Below, piece by piece: positions 38,224 through 51,809 of a stretch of 64,000 nucleotides of DNA (its first letter is position 1; the number at the start of each line of letters is the position of its first letter). The DNA is from Lingula anatina. Its lineage: Eukaryota > Animalia > Brachiopoda. A model generated the notes under the pieces. The model did not search any database. It worked only from the letters and a program-made list of their open reading frames with translations, and was not told the DNA's origin. Made by a program: the position numbers and the translations under genes. Location of the stretch: positions 18,886,651-18,950,650 of the forward strand of contig CM120647.1 of the NCBI GenBank assembly GCA_051362555.1. The letters are read 5' to 3'.

Positions 38224-40532
38224 TTAATACAGTACAATCACTGGTTGGGGTGTGGAAGTGAGAAATAAGAATTCAGACATTTAAGGACTCGCATGTCATT
38301 TCAATGCAGCCGAGTACTGACAAGTATGGTTTCTTTGCATTTTTCACGTTATCTAAAGCATTACATACATGTATGTCTAGGAATTAATTAATTATTTCTA
38401 AATCACGTTGCCAGACATATATAAAAAAGGAGACCTATTCAGTAAACAAACGACCGAATGAAGAATAAGTGTTGTTAAAACGACGAAACAAACACTTTTT
38501 GGTTTTCATTTCTTAAATAACCAATCTATAAAAAAGACACAATTATAAAATGTATCTTACCCTTGATTGAGAACCTATTCTTCCAAGTACTGTCCTTCAA
38601 GAGCGGTGCATAAACGTAAGTTTCGTCTGTCAAAGTGACTTGGTTGATACATTTGTGTGTTTTTTATCGACTAAAATGACGCCAAGGACTCATGCTGGTT
38701 CGATCGAACATTTGCCCAAAAAGCCGCATCGACGTTTCTTTATCTTCAAAAAGCGATAATTGTTCCTTCTATTTGATAGTCAGCATTTATGTCGTTTTGT
38801 TTAGTGGGAAATCGTTATCCTGAAACAATATCAAAGCCAAATTAATTTATCCAAGTTTTTTTTTTTTTTTTTTCATGTATTATTTTTAACGCAAACTGCC
38901 TGATGTCGTTAGACTAGAAATTCTTTGGACCGAAAATGGGAATATATCACGTCTGCAGATAGAACGCTTGAGTAATGGTCACAAGAATTGGAATTTCCCG
39001 TATGTAGTGTAATGTGTCCCTAATGTCTTCCTTAGGAAATGTGAGTCTGTCCAATTTTCGGTCTTAAATACTCTTTGTCTGAGAAGGCCTTCATTACATC
39101 GTCTCTGACAGTCGTTTGACGCCTTGCTAAAATTAAAACCAAACGTCCATTTCATTTTTTCTATACATATATACAATTAAAATTTTAATTTTATATTTAT
39201 TTAAATTTAAATTTTAATATTAAAATAAATAAATAAAATCACTAGACATGTATCAACCCCAACTCTGAGTTTCACGGTCATATACCCAGAAGGTATGCCA
39301 GATCGTCAGGAGGTGTTTATTTGAAAATGGTGTCTTAGCCGTTTATCTACACGGCGTGACGACACTTATGTTATTGTTATTGACACTATAATTCATCAGA
39401 TAGAATTGTGAAATCAAACATACGTAAACAGTTTTCAAAAGCGTCTTTCTCTAATTTACTTCCTAACTTGTTATATATTTTCAGATTATTTCCAACTTCT
39501 TTGAGAATAACTTTTAAAACAAGCAAACAAACAAATAAATAAAAGAAAGAAAGAAAGGGGAATAAAAGGCCTGCTTAAATATTACTTCACTCCTTTATTG
39601 GCCAAACTTGGTCATTGTTTTAATTTCCCACTATGTGACAACTGAACATTCCACACATAATTTTACTTCACGTTGAGATATATTAAGTATATATAACGTA
39701 CATATATTTATTTCGGTCTTTTCTACAGTATTTATGTTTATACTTGCTCCATACACAATAATAAATCACAAACAACAAAAACTGTAGCAACAGAAGGTGA
39801 CACTTCCATAAAATCGAAGGCTCCAGTCAGTCCATTATTACAATCCATAAAAGTCGTTAATTGTTATGTGTATGGAACAAGTCTACAGCTAACGTGTAAT
39901 GAATGGATCGACTGAGAGCCCAGTGTCATGAAATTGTGGATCAGTGTGACAGAAAGTCCGTCTTCCATATAGTTATAATGGTCAGGGTTAGTCTGACCTA
40001 AGTGGGTCAAAATCTAGGGCGAGAGTCACCTGTACAAATGAATGGGAAGCGGACTGTCTGTCACGGGGGACTTTCTGGTACATGACACCAGTTAAGCTTC
40101 ACATTTAGTTGGAGATTCGTTGAGCTTTCTGCGGTGTTGCTTTGCCGCTCACCTTCTCCTCTTTTATTGCACGATCTTAAAATATTTGTTTTTACAGATC
40201 GCATCGGGTCCAAAGATGACCCAAAAGGAGAGAGTAGATATTCTGGAAACACGTACTGTGATGAAAAACAAACGCGTGAGAAAATATATCGATGCATCAC
40301 TGAGACAAAAATCGATGCACTGGTAATTAAATATGCCATGCTTGGAAAAACAAAAACAGGAGTAATTTAGACAGTAAACTGTATTATATTTTTATTTGAA
40401 GCTCTTGATTTATATGGTTTTATTATTATTATTATTGCCATGAAAAACACCAGGAAGTTCCTTATAAATCAGTACCAAAAAAGCTTAATTACAGTGGATA
40501 AGTTTGTCAATCACAATGAAGCTGACTCACTC

Positions 40533-40573
40533 TACCCTACGTTCTAGATTCCGGTATCGCCTGCTCGATCTTG

Positions 40574-40623
<50 letters not shown>
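40533..40623. mobile_element. Left half of the same hAT-like MITE, interrupted by the Tc1 relic in an expanded TA run
   Basis: TACCCTACGTTCTAGATTCCGGTATCGCCTGCTCGATCTTGATTT matches 57465-57509. Confidence 0.7.
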
Positions 40624-40629
<6 letters not shown>

Positions 40630-41217
40630 GGGAAAAAAGAAACGCAACGCTCAGTTTTGAGAGATTTTTGGGGCAAAATAATTTTATTTTTGAGATCCGC
40701 CAGTTTTATGTGAACCCTACATCCATCTCTAATCCTCAGGCCAACTTTTTTGGCGTTTACACATTTTTGAGTCGAATAACACAACCAAACAATAGAGCAT
40801 CCCCCCCCCCCCCAAACCAAAAGTGACAGGAATTGCATCATACTGTCAATAGTTCACGTGACCCCCGTTGGCGTCCTGGACAGCAGTTATTCGTCTCCTC
40901 ATGGATCGGCAGTAGTGTCTGAGTTGATCTTGTGGAATCGCCGCCCATTCTTCCACCAGTGCCGCCCTCTGTTAAGTTTCGCTGCTGAGTTTCGGGAGGA
41001 TGTTCACGTCGGCGGACACGCAAACTGAGCAGATCCCATACATTTTCAATGGGATTTAAGTCCGGACTATTGACAGTATGATGCAATTCCTGTCACAAAA
41101 CTTAGGATTAAAAATGGATGTAGGGTTCATATAAATCTGGCGGATCACAAAAATAAAATTATTCATCCCTCCCAAAATTCCCAAAACTGAGTGTTGCGTT
41201 TCTTTTTTCCTTAAGTG
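40624..41217 (-). mobile_element. Internally deleted Tc1/mariner-superfamily element with long TIRs and a transposase C-terminal remnant
   Basis: Imperfect TIRs beginning (C/T)A(C/T)T(C/T)A(A/G)GGAAAAAAGAAACGCAAC, flanked by TA. The - strand reads SPDLNPIENVWDLL, then after a frameshift AALVEEWAAIPQDQLRHYCRSMRRRITAVQDANGGHVNY*, the typical Tc1 DD34E C-terminus. Confidence 0.9.
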
Positions 41218-42445
41218 TATATTAACAAAGCGGATGCGAGTAAATTAGATAATTAGATAATGCAGCAATTATAACAGACACAAAAGGTATAATAAGTTTC
41301 TGTTAACGTAATGGGCATAACCCTGTCATGGGTTATGTCCATTACTGGTGGTTCAAAAAATAAACATCATTTTTCTTACTTGTGTTTCTATTACATACAT
41401 TCACTAATGGTGAAATCTGCAACTAGTGTAACATTAATTTTCGGGTAATTTGTCATACAATTCGACTTCGCTGTCCTTGTCTGTTGTATTGAGCTCTATT
41501 TCTCCATGGTTATTGCACACACATTTAACTTATCCCGACTAAAACAGATCACGATATCTTAGAGTCTGTCTCGTGTAACGAATTTATCACGTAGTTATTC
41601 CCTTTGCAATTTCTTCAACAGTCTCTGAATTAAGAAGGCTCATACTCCTAGAGCTTCGACGTTTTATACCTAGTTTTAGTTAATCTTTACATGTGCATTT
41701 TAGCTTTATCTTTTAATTTTTGTACCACAATATGTCACACTTGAAGACAATATTGATGCTTTCAAAACATGTCCAGCACAAGTTTCTAAAGTGAGGCATT
41801 TGTTGTCTAAGTATAAAACCTCCTTTGCTTTCCATGACTTGGATTTGGGAAATTGTACTACTGACTACTGTCAAGCATAAAATCAAACAAAAAAATATGA
41901 CGTTTAACCGGGTATGTCAATGGTGATGACAACGCATCGCATTGTTCTGCTGCTGCACAGTAGTAACACATTGGAATAACACCCAACAGCAGTAATCGGT
42001 CTTTCTTTTCTGTTGAGTCAACACTACTTTAGTCCTGTCGAGTATATCCTTAGCTCCTGGATTTTTTTGATCGTTTCTTAGAATAATTCTCCATTTTATT
42101 GGTCCTGGTAGTGCGTTTGCTGCTATAGATAATACCAAACCGCAGTGGCCTTTACCGGTGTGACAGGAATGATACCATTAGTCCGTAAGGAACCGTAGTC
42201 CGTTTCCATTACTTTGTACAGGTGACATTCATCTCATACATGTATACTAACCAAAGAAATCCGACTAACCCTTATCTGTACTAATCATGTGTGAACCCGG
42301 ACTTCCATTCCTAGCACTACCATTCCTGTACATGTATAATTGATTGTACCCTGTCATGGCTTATGTCAAGACATTATAATTATCAAGGTGTACCAATAAG
42401 GTCTCGTTAAATTCGTCATCCATATAAACTTAGTCATCTTTCCAG

Positions 42446-42509
42446 GTGTGATCTGCAAAACCACTGCTGGGATGGACATGACTCACAACTCTGGCCCTCT
42501 GACGGATAA
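42446..42509 (+). other. Duplicated copy of the terminal coding exon of gene 1 (orphan or alternative last exon)
   Basis: TTCCAG acceptor followed by CDLQNHCWDGHDSQLWPSDG*. It differs from 21237-21300 only by synonymous TGC/TGT. Upstream gene 1 exons were not duplicated. Confidence 0.8.
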
Positions 42510-43239
42510 ACTGGCCTCGCAGGTCGTTGCCGGTGTCAGCAAGCAAGCAGCATCTGGAAAGTACCCCTCTCTTACCCCCCCCCCCCCCCAAACAAATAAC
42601 CACTGTCCATCCTGATGTGTACACTTGATACAAAGGAAATGACCTTTGTACGCAAATGACCATACTTAATTGTCATCGAAACTTATAGAGATTCGCTTTT
42701 GCTTAAAGGTATTAACTTTTGTAATGATGAAACATCTTAAACTTTGTATGTAATATGCTTCATATTACCCCGGTTATTTGCTTACTGGAATTATGCAGGG
42801 TTTTATATAATGCTACAAAATATATAGCATTTCAACAGCTTTAAAAAAAAAAAAAACAATTAAACCAATTTTGTTCATAGAACGATGTAAGTTTTCTTTG
42901 ATTTTGCCAAAATATGTTTGTTCATGTGGTCAAAGTTAGTAATCAATATTCTGAAAAGTTCACTGGAAAAGAGAAATGATGATAAACTTCTAACATGTCT
43001 CCAGTCTTTTTCAGCCGGCATGATTTTGCTTAGAAATAGATTTTTCTTAGTAATGGTACCAATGCCACAATATGTGGGTATGCATTACTAAAAAGTTTGC
43101 TTTCTAAATGTACGTTTCAGTATAAATGCTTTTGTCAAAATAGCGATAGTTTGTCTGTTTTTCTTCTGTTTTTGTTATTTTTATTTCCATCTGTGACACA
43201 AGTAGACGTTTTCCCCACACAATCTGAACATCCACCCAC

Positions 43240-43500
43240 GCCACAGTCTATACAAACGTCACATAAACGTCACAGCCTGTACAAACGTCACACACACGTC
43301 ACAACCTGTACAAACGTCACATACACGTCACAACCTGTACAAACGTCACATACACGTCACAACCTGTACAAACGTCACGTACACGTCAGTTTCTACAAAC
43401 GCCACAGTCTGTACAAACGTCACATACACGACACAATACAAACGTCACACACACCACACAGTCTGTACAAAAGTCACACTCTGCCCAAACGTCACATACA
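43240..43500. repeat. Minisatellite, ~29-bp unit CACAACCTGTACAAACGTCACATACACGT
   Basis: About 8-9 degenerate units in copy B; only about 4 units at the equivalent site 22060-22170 in copy A. Confidence 0.85.
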
Positions 43501-43875
43501 CATCAAAATGCTTTTGGGCTCTACACGTAGTCTAGCACCGAACATTAACATTATGCCATGAAAAGAATCACACAATCACGCAAGACATCCAACGGTACCT
43601 GCAAGTGGTCTCTATAACATACATCTGTGTATTCTTTGAACCATTCTTTCATGCAATTCAACACTTCACCATATGTAATAAATAATTGAACCCATCCACT
43701 AAAATATGAAAAAGTAAGGATAAAAGGAGAAATATTTGGATAAGAACGCAAAAAGATACATGGACAAATAAATCATGGCATGAAAAAAAAATAAGAAGAA
43801 TATTGAAATTATTGAAAATTATTCAGTGCAAAGAATGACTTACCTTGTACTTGTATTTCAAGGAGGACACGAGAT

Positions 43876-45256
43876 CTACGCTGAAATGTTCTTTTTAATT
43901 ATCTCAAAAATGCCAAGTGATGCGTCACACACATGCTAATTGCAATAAAAAATGTGCGTTTGCAATACCTGTGTGACGTAGGGCTTAACTTAGCACCGTC
44001 CTATTTCAACATATCGAGTGATTACCATGTACATGTACATGTACTAATGCAGTATGTATATCCATTCCCATCGTTGTTCACACATGTTGTTTACCATGGT
44101 TACAGTGCTACAATGCGGGATTACGCTGGGAATGGTGAAAATCTATTATCACCCGCCACGATGAATAAGCACAGCACTAAGTTTGACAGTCACACCTACA
44201 CTATATCTTTATCACTATGTGATAACAGAAACTGAACATGAAAACCTTTTTCAAAATATCCAAAATGGCCACCAGTTTCAAAATGGCAACCAAAAATCTT
44301 ACCACAGTCCTCTTCCGCTCCATCCCACTGCCCCCAGTCCAAGCACAGCCGCACCCTCTTGGTACCTCCGTCCCCGAAGGTGGCATTGTTGGTGCACTGG
44401 TACTCCACAGCTGACCCCACCTGGCGGTCAGTGGAGTTGACCACCGCATTGATAAGGCTACTTGATATTGCTGGGCACAGGATCACTGTAGCAAAACGGA
44501 ATGACAGTCTAAAATACAGCAGTACTCTGTTGCTTTATTTAATTTGGTTGTTACTCACACTGAAAACATGTATGTGTCGCATCTTTTCCAGCGTTGTATT
44601 GGTGTTGTTGAGTCGGGTGAAAATTGTAGGGTGAAGAGGTTCCAAATGTGAAAATACACCATAACCAATAGATACCAAGGATTAGACCAGCTATACTGCT
44701 TTGGAAATATATAAGCAATGATGATACAGAACGAAACAATTGGAATTCTTGATAAGTCGCGAAAGTGTGATCAAGCGGTGACAAAACCACAAAGAACCCG
44801 CAAAACGATTAAAAACAGCAATGCACTAAATCAAAGTAAAAAATCCAATTGTGAAATTGCGAAAATTATTTTAACAAACAGTAAGTAAAGCTGACATTTT
44901 AAAAAATCAAAATAATACAAGGCAAAAAAAAAAAAAAAAACGTTAGAATCAAATAAATATATTTCAAAACTGTGTGGAACTTACTTTCACATGCGGACAC
45001 TGAGGCAGCGGACCACTGACCCGTAGTCAAACAGGACACCGTCTTCGTCGTAGAACCGCCAGGGAATCGGTAATGCTGTAGACAAGTGTAGGTGGCCACA
45101 GCGCCCACCTTGTCACCCCCCACGACGCTGAGCGTGGCGTTGGCCGCTGTCGGGAGAGCGGAGGTACAGTGGATCGCTGAACAGAAAAATTCTATGCATT
45201 TTTTAATTCAAATTTTACATTGTTTACTATATTGAACTAATTTGGATTTTATTATC

Positions 45257-45291
<35 letters not shown>

Positions 45292-48200
45292 CATTATTAT
45301 GGGAGCGGGAGAAAGGGAAGAAGGGATTGCCTCTAAATTTAGATAAGGGGGGAGCACTTGGATTACATACTACGAATTATTCGTTATAAAAACAACACTG
45401 CGATAAGAAAGCGTCTCACGTTTAACATATCTAAACAAAGTTAGGACTATTAACTAAATAATGCGACTACATGATTATTATTGGAACAGATGAGAATAAA
45501 TGTCCACCAACCTTCACAATCGGGTGGAGGCGCAGTCCAGTTGTTAAACGTACAAGTAATCGTTTTCTCTGCCTCTAGGGTTCCATTTGGCCAATCGTAG
45601 CCAGGTAGGCAAAAGTAGGTCACCTGCGAGTTGTGGTTGCGGCTCGTACTGGACGCGGTTGCGTTGCCGACAGAGGGCACTTGGGGACAACGAACCTCTG
45701 GCAAAGGTGAAAATACACATATCTGTACTGAAGACACATGGGTTAGAAAATACGTTTAGGTGTACATAGGCTGATGTTTGTATAAAATCTGAGAAAGTAT
45801 CCCTAAAATGATTTAGGTCATACTGTGAATTCGAAAAAAAAAAAGACATGAACCATAATTGTAAATGGCAAAAAATGACCTTTTTCTAATCCGTGGGTGA
45901 TAAATGGTGCTAAGTAGAATGAGAATAGGGCTTTTTTAAAATAATTTTTGATTTATAAAGACTTAAGCATTTTGTGTATGATTACCCCAAGTTCGCCACA
46001 CTGAGTATCGATTCTCTCCGCCACAACGCTGTTTGGGATCGCCTGTACACACGGTGTCGCAATGATAACTTGCTGCATACCCGTATGTTCTAATTTCATT
46101 TGCACAGCTGCAGTTGGCTGTCGACAGAAAAGTATATGCATCATTCAAAAAAAAGTGGTTACCGTTATGTGGCATATAAATTTATGTTTCAGGTGAGGAT
46201 GAATTTGAAATTTGACACCCCTGTGAAGTTGATTCCTGGTTCCTTATTCCTTATTCGGTTACTTATTCAAATGTGAAGTTGGTTACTTATTCCCGGTTCC
46301 TTATTCGGTTACTTATTCAACTTTTTTATGTTTTTTATGATTTTGATGCTAAAATACCTGTTTCATCATACTAGCACCCCCTCTTCATCTAGATGACACC
46401 CTAAAATTGTTAAATATACCACTAAAAACACAAAATATAACCCATTCCTTATTCAAAAGTCCTGTTACTTATTCGGTTACTTATTCCTTATTCGGTTACT
46501 TATTCAACTTTTTTATGTTGTTTTATGATTTTGATGCTAGAATACCTGTTTCATCATACTAGCACCCCCTCTTCATCTAGATGACACCCTAAAATTGTTA
46601 AATATACCACCAAAAACACAAAATATAACCCATTCCTTATTCAAAAGTCCTGTTACTTATTCGGTTACTTATTCCTTATTCGGTTACTTATTCCTTATTC
46701 GGTTACTTATTCAACTTTTTTATGTTTTTTTATGATTTTGATGCTAGAATACCTGTTTCATCATACTAGCACCCCCTCTTCATCTAGATGACACCCTAAA
46801 ATTGTTAAATATACCAATAAAAACACAAAATATAACCCATTCCTTATTCAAAAGTCCTGTTACTTATTCGGTTACTTATTCCTTATTCGGTTACTTATTC
46901 CTTATTCGGTTACTTATTCAACTTTTTTATGTTTTTTTATGATTTTGATGCTAAAATACCTGTTTCATCATACTAGCACCCCCTCTTCATCTAGATGACA
47001 CCCTAAATTGTTAAATATACCAATAAAAACACAAAATATAACCCATTCCTTATTCAAAAGTCCTGTTACTTATTCGGTTACTTATTCCTTATTCGGTTAC
47101 TTTTTTCCAAGGAGCTTAGGCTCTGACGTCATTGTGACAATGATCATCCGTGGACTTGCTGCCTGCTGATTGGTACACTATGACATGATTCCCATTTAAA
47201 TCCATAAAATATGAGATCAAAAAAGCACTTAAAGACTAACTATATAAATCCAATGATGCCCATTTTTACTATGACGCCAGAGCCCAAACCTCGCTTTGAA
47301 AGGGGATTCCCCACCCACATGACTAACTATAAACCCACAATAAAATCCAAAAGACAAAAGGAGATGAATTTAGGAAATTCTTTGTAATTCAACTTCAGGT
47401 TGATTAACAGTATTTTGAAGAGACAAGAATATACAAGCAGTAGATGAATTAGAAGGGTGTGAGAAATTAAGTGTATAAACTGCAAATAGGGCTATGTTAC
47501 AATAGTAAAATTGATAAATAAACAGTATTTAATCAAGGGAAGACATAAAACCGGTTTTAATTTGAATAAGTTGAATAAGTCAATTAAGTTGAATAAGTAA
47601 CCGAATAAGGAATAAGTAACCGAATAAGTAACAGGACTTTTGAATAAGGAATGGGTTATATTTTGTGTTTTTAGTGGTATATTTAACAATTTTAGGGTGT
47701 CATCTAGATGAAGAGGGGGTGCTAGTATGATGAAACAGGTATTTTAGCATCAAAATCATAAAAAAAACATAAAAAAGTTGAATAAGTAACCGAATAAGGA
47801 ATAAGTAACCGAATAAGGAATAAGTAACCGAATAAGTAACAGGACTTTTGAATAAGGAATGGGTTATATTTTGTGTTTTTATTGGTATATTTAACAATTT
47901 TAGGGTGTCATCTAGATGAAGAGGGGGTGCTAGTATGATGAAACAGGTATTCTAGCATCAAAATCATAAAAAAAACATAAAAAAGTTGAATAAGTAACCG
48001 AATAAGGAACCGGGAATAAGTAACCAACTTCACATTTGAATAAGTAACCGAATAAGGAATAAGGAACCAGGAATCAACTTCACCGGGGTAAATTTGACAC
48101 GTTGTGAGTTTTGCCAAGACGATTATAGATAAGGTCAGTACTGAAATAGCATTGCAAAGTCTGGTTGATTACTTATTTTAATATGGTTATACGAAATTGC

Positions 48201-51200
48201 TTTATTTGAGTGATTTTACAATACCTGGATGATTTCCTCCAACATACAAGCCTATTGGTAATTAACACTCTTTTATACGTAGCGCTTTAACAGTGCAAGA
48301 ACGTAGATGGAAGTGGAAAATCGCCCACCCCCACCTCACCACTCATCCTTCCACACTCTCCCCATTTTGATATTTATATATGCGTGCTCTGCCCATCCTA
48401 GCACCATAAGAGGAAGTCTGCTACAAAATATCCCCGTACAAATAAGAGAAAATCTTAATCGTAACGAGACAAACCAAGCAATACATGTACTACATTACAT
48501 CATGTTTTACAGTGCAATTGTTCTCGTCTACTTAAATATATTTTTATGTCAAAATTTACCCCTACCTCCCCCCCCCCTCTTGATAAACCCTGGATCTGCC
48601 TGGATCAATTTACAACACGCTGGCAACACCAAGCCAACAAGATTAATTAACGGTATGGCATTGCGGTAGATGAGACAGAACGCAATCCATATGACATCTT
48701 ACCTCCCTGTAGGCCAGCATACAAGAACCCCGCCGCCGTGCACAGATCTATACAATCCGACGGCAACTGGCAGCTCGTTGAAGCACTGTGAACCATAACT
48801 TGTCCACTGGGATCTGTAGTTTCTATGACACACCCAACATACTGCAGGGAGTCTGAAAACAATGTAAATGCCCGTAAAGGCCTGGTAAACTTTACAAATG
48901 ATCCACAGTTATATTTGTTATGTCTAGATATTCCACAAAACTATTAACGAAAACGATTGAAAAACTCAGTCAAAAATAACGGATGTCGATAATAAATTCT
49001 GAAATACCAGGGAGATAAACTGCTTTTTTCTTGAGAAAAAATAGATTGGGCGCTATTAAAGCCTATATACAATACAATACGTTTAAGATAAAGTCCTGCA
49101 AATTCTACAACCACTAGGCACTATTAGTATAGAAACTGGCAACACCATGGATACGAAATATTAACAGTGTTGGTTTATTCGAATTGACATGAAAAGCAAC
49201 TTTATACTTTGATATTACCAAGAATCCAGCACCAGTGTCGATATATATCGCAGTCTACGTTGATGTACACACCAGTATATGTAAAGTATTCAACTTAAGC
49301 ATATGGTCAGACAACAAGTAAGTTGAGTCTACACATTCAGTTTTTTTATGCACAAAAACATACTTACGGTCAAAACTGCTGTACTTGCAGCCGTTCACCT
49401 CAAGGCGGAGACTGCAATTGTTTTCACATGTCGCCCTAGAAGGATACACCCGCACATACTGCGCTAGGATCGGATATGTCAGTGTGTTTAGAACGACTGC
49501 GTTGAAATTTGAATTACCAGTCAACTGAAAGAAAATATTACATTTTTTTTTCAACATAATTTGAAAATTGGAAATTTATATTTCATTATAAAAGAATCAT
49601 CCTGACCATCATAAATAAATGGAGACGAACTTTCTGTCACACGGACCCTTCGTTTCGTTACACCACTCGTTAACCACCACCTACATTCATGCAACATCTC
49701 ACCTGTGTTCCATTTTCATACTGTGTCCAGTTTACGCCATTTTCACTGTATTCCAGAGCATAGTTCCTAACCCACTGTTGATTATCCGGGTCATTCGATC
49801 CTAGGGTGATATAGACGGCTATATATCTATCATAGAGACCTATTACCACTTAAAACACAAGGACTTGTACAATAAAATCGATAAATAATTATCCTTGCTT
49901 CTGTTTAAAATATTTAAGTAAAAGCTCTAACATCCATCAGCCGTGTCTTCCTTGCACGTAATTGGCTGCACACACCTCACTTGTATTGTGTCTTTCTGCC
50001 ACGTTACTACAAGTAGCTATTCCTCATACCATTGCAACCAGATGTTCAAGCGATGTTCCAAAATATGACAAACAATTGCTGCTTAATTGTGATGAAGTAC
50101 TGGCCGTAACCAGCTGAGAACAGATCACACAAACAATAGCCAAGAACCATGTGCCGAGCTCATCATGCAGAAACCTAGATCTTTTTGAAAAAAAAAAAAA
50201 AAAAAAAAAACAAGCTTAATCTAACAAAACTGAATAGTATACACGTACCTTGAGTTGCCACGCCAGTTATAATATACAGCTGGTCAAAGGATACTTGGAC
50301 CCAAGGCTCGGTGTCTTCATTTGCAAAATAGCAGCCACTTGGGCCGTACAGGCTGGAATGAGGACAAAGATGAAAGTTTTTAATTCTCTGGCATCTGGTT
50401 TCGTTAGTACTGTTATCACGATACGTGTCATTATTGACATACACCATGTAATAATAAAAAAATAATAATAATAATAATAGTAAATGTTACTTTCGCATTT
50501 TGCTTTTTTTTAAAACTTACTATATGTTCTCAGCTGTACAATTGTTGTCGGTTGAGTTGGAATGTGTGATGGTGACGGTACTCGCGTAGGTGTGAATCAA
50601 AGGAGTGTGACACGGAGCTGAAGTGGAATACATACACATGATACAGATATCTATATAGACACTATATTTCATTACTATGGATATAAAATATGTGTTCATT
50701 CATGATGCATGAGAACGCATCACATTTAAGGAAGAGAATTAAGAGCACATATTGATGCTAATAGACGGCGCTGGGATTCCAACGACTATTAAATTGCCTG
50801 GGTGTATAAATTAATGTACAAATGCACAAATAAAGAGTTAATGAATAAGTTAATAAATATTGACATTTGCTCTTTTGCAATGCCTTTTTTAGCCAAAATC
50901 TCACGTACGGAACAACACATTATTATATAGATTGATCACGAAAAATAGTGATATTTTCTACCAATGTTTATCATGAGATACAGAGAACAGAATCTGACCT
51001 GTCGGGTTGCACTGCACTTTTCTAGATGCGGCTCCTTCTGTTTCGCTAATCCAATAATACCCTTCCAAAAGGACCCCCTGCGACGCTAAAGCCACACACG
51101 ACGGTGCACGGTGATAATAGTAACCTGGATAGACAGAAACGCAAGTCTAAAGGTGGGCTTATTCTGCTGAGCGAAATACGTTATAGTTTTATATATACAA

Positions 51201-51762
51201 TGCAGCTAAAACTTCTGCCACACACAAAGGAAATTATTACATGTACATGTAACTGTTGTTACATGTACATGTGTCACCGTAAATATGACAATATAATCGT
51301 TCATCCGTCTTCAAAATTTGCAGACACAAGACAAAGTAACATTGCATCTACAATTACACGTGTCAATGCAAAGGGGCTGTTCTTTTTGGTTTAATTCAAC
51401 GTTGTTGGAAAAGTCCACATTGTAATCTTGTTGCTGAATAGCCAAAAGCCAGACAGAGTTTAGCACAGTTGTGGATATCATCTAACCTTTGTGGATATCA
51501 TCTAATATTTAAAGACGATATATTTAAATGGATGCGTCCTCACCTATCAGGTACACATTGGCCACGTTTGTTCCGCCACAGTGTTGCATAGGGTTGTACG
51601 GACACCCCATAGAGCATGCGATGGAGGACTGACTTCCGGTGGGTTTGGTTTCCACACACAGGCATTCATCATTGGATACTGCGGCGTAAGGCAAGTCATT
51701 CCCTTCAGTAAAGAATTACATATACGCTTAAAATTCATACGATGCGCATTGAAACCTTGTAC

Positions 51763-51809
<47 letters not shown>

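Noticed and set aside
38561-38819. Possible additional - strand exon (TTTCAG acceptor, GTAAGA donor) upstream of gene 2A
   Set aside because: All frames contain stops and no domain is recognisable. It may be a 5' UTR exon, but sequence alone cannot support that.
47492-48117. Three repeated ~65-aa ORFs
   Set aside because: They are by-products of the tandem units in the foldback arm and show no transposase motifs.
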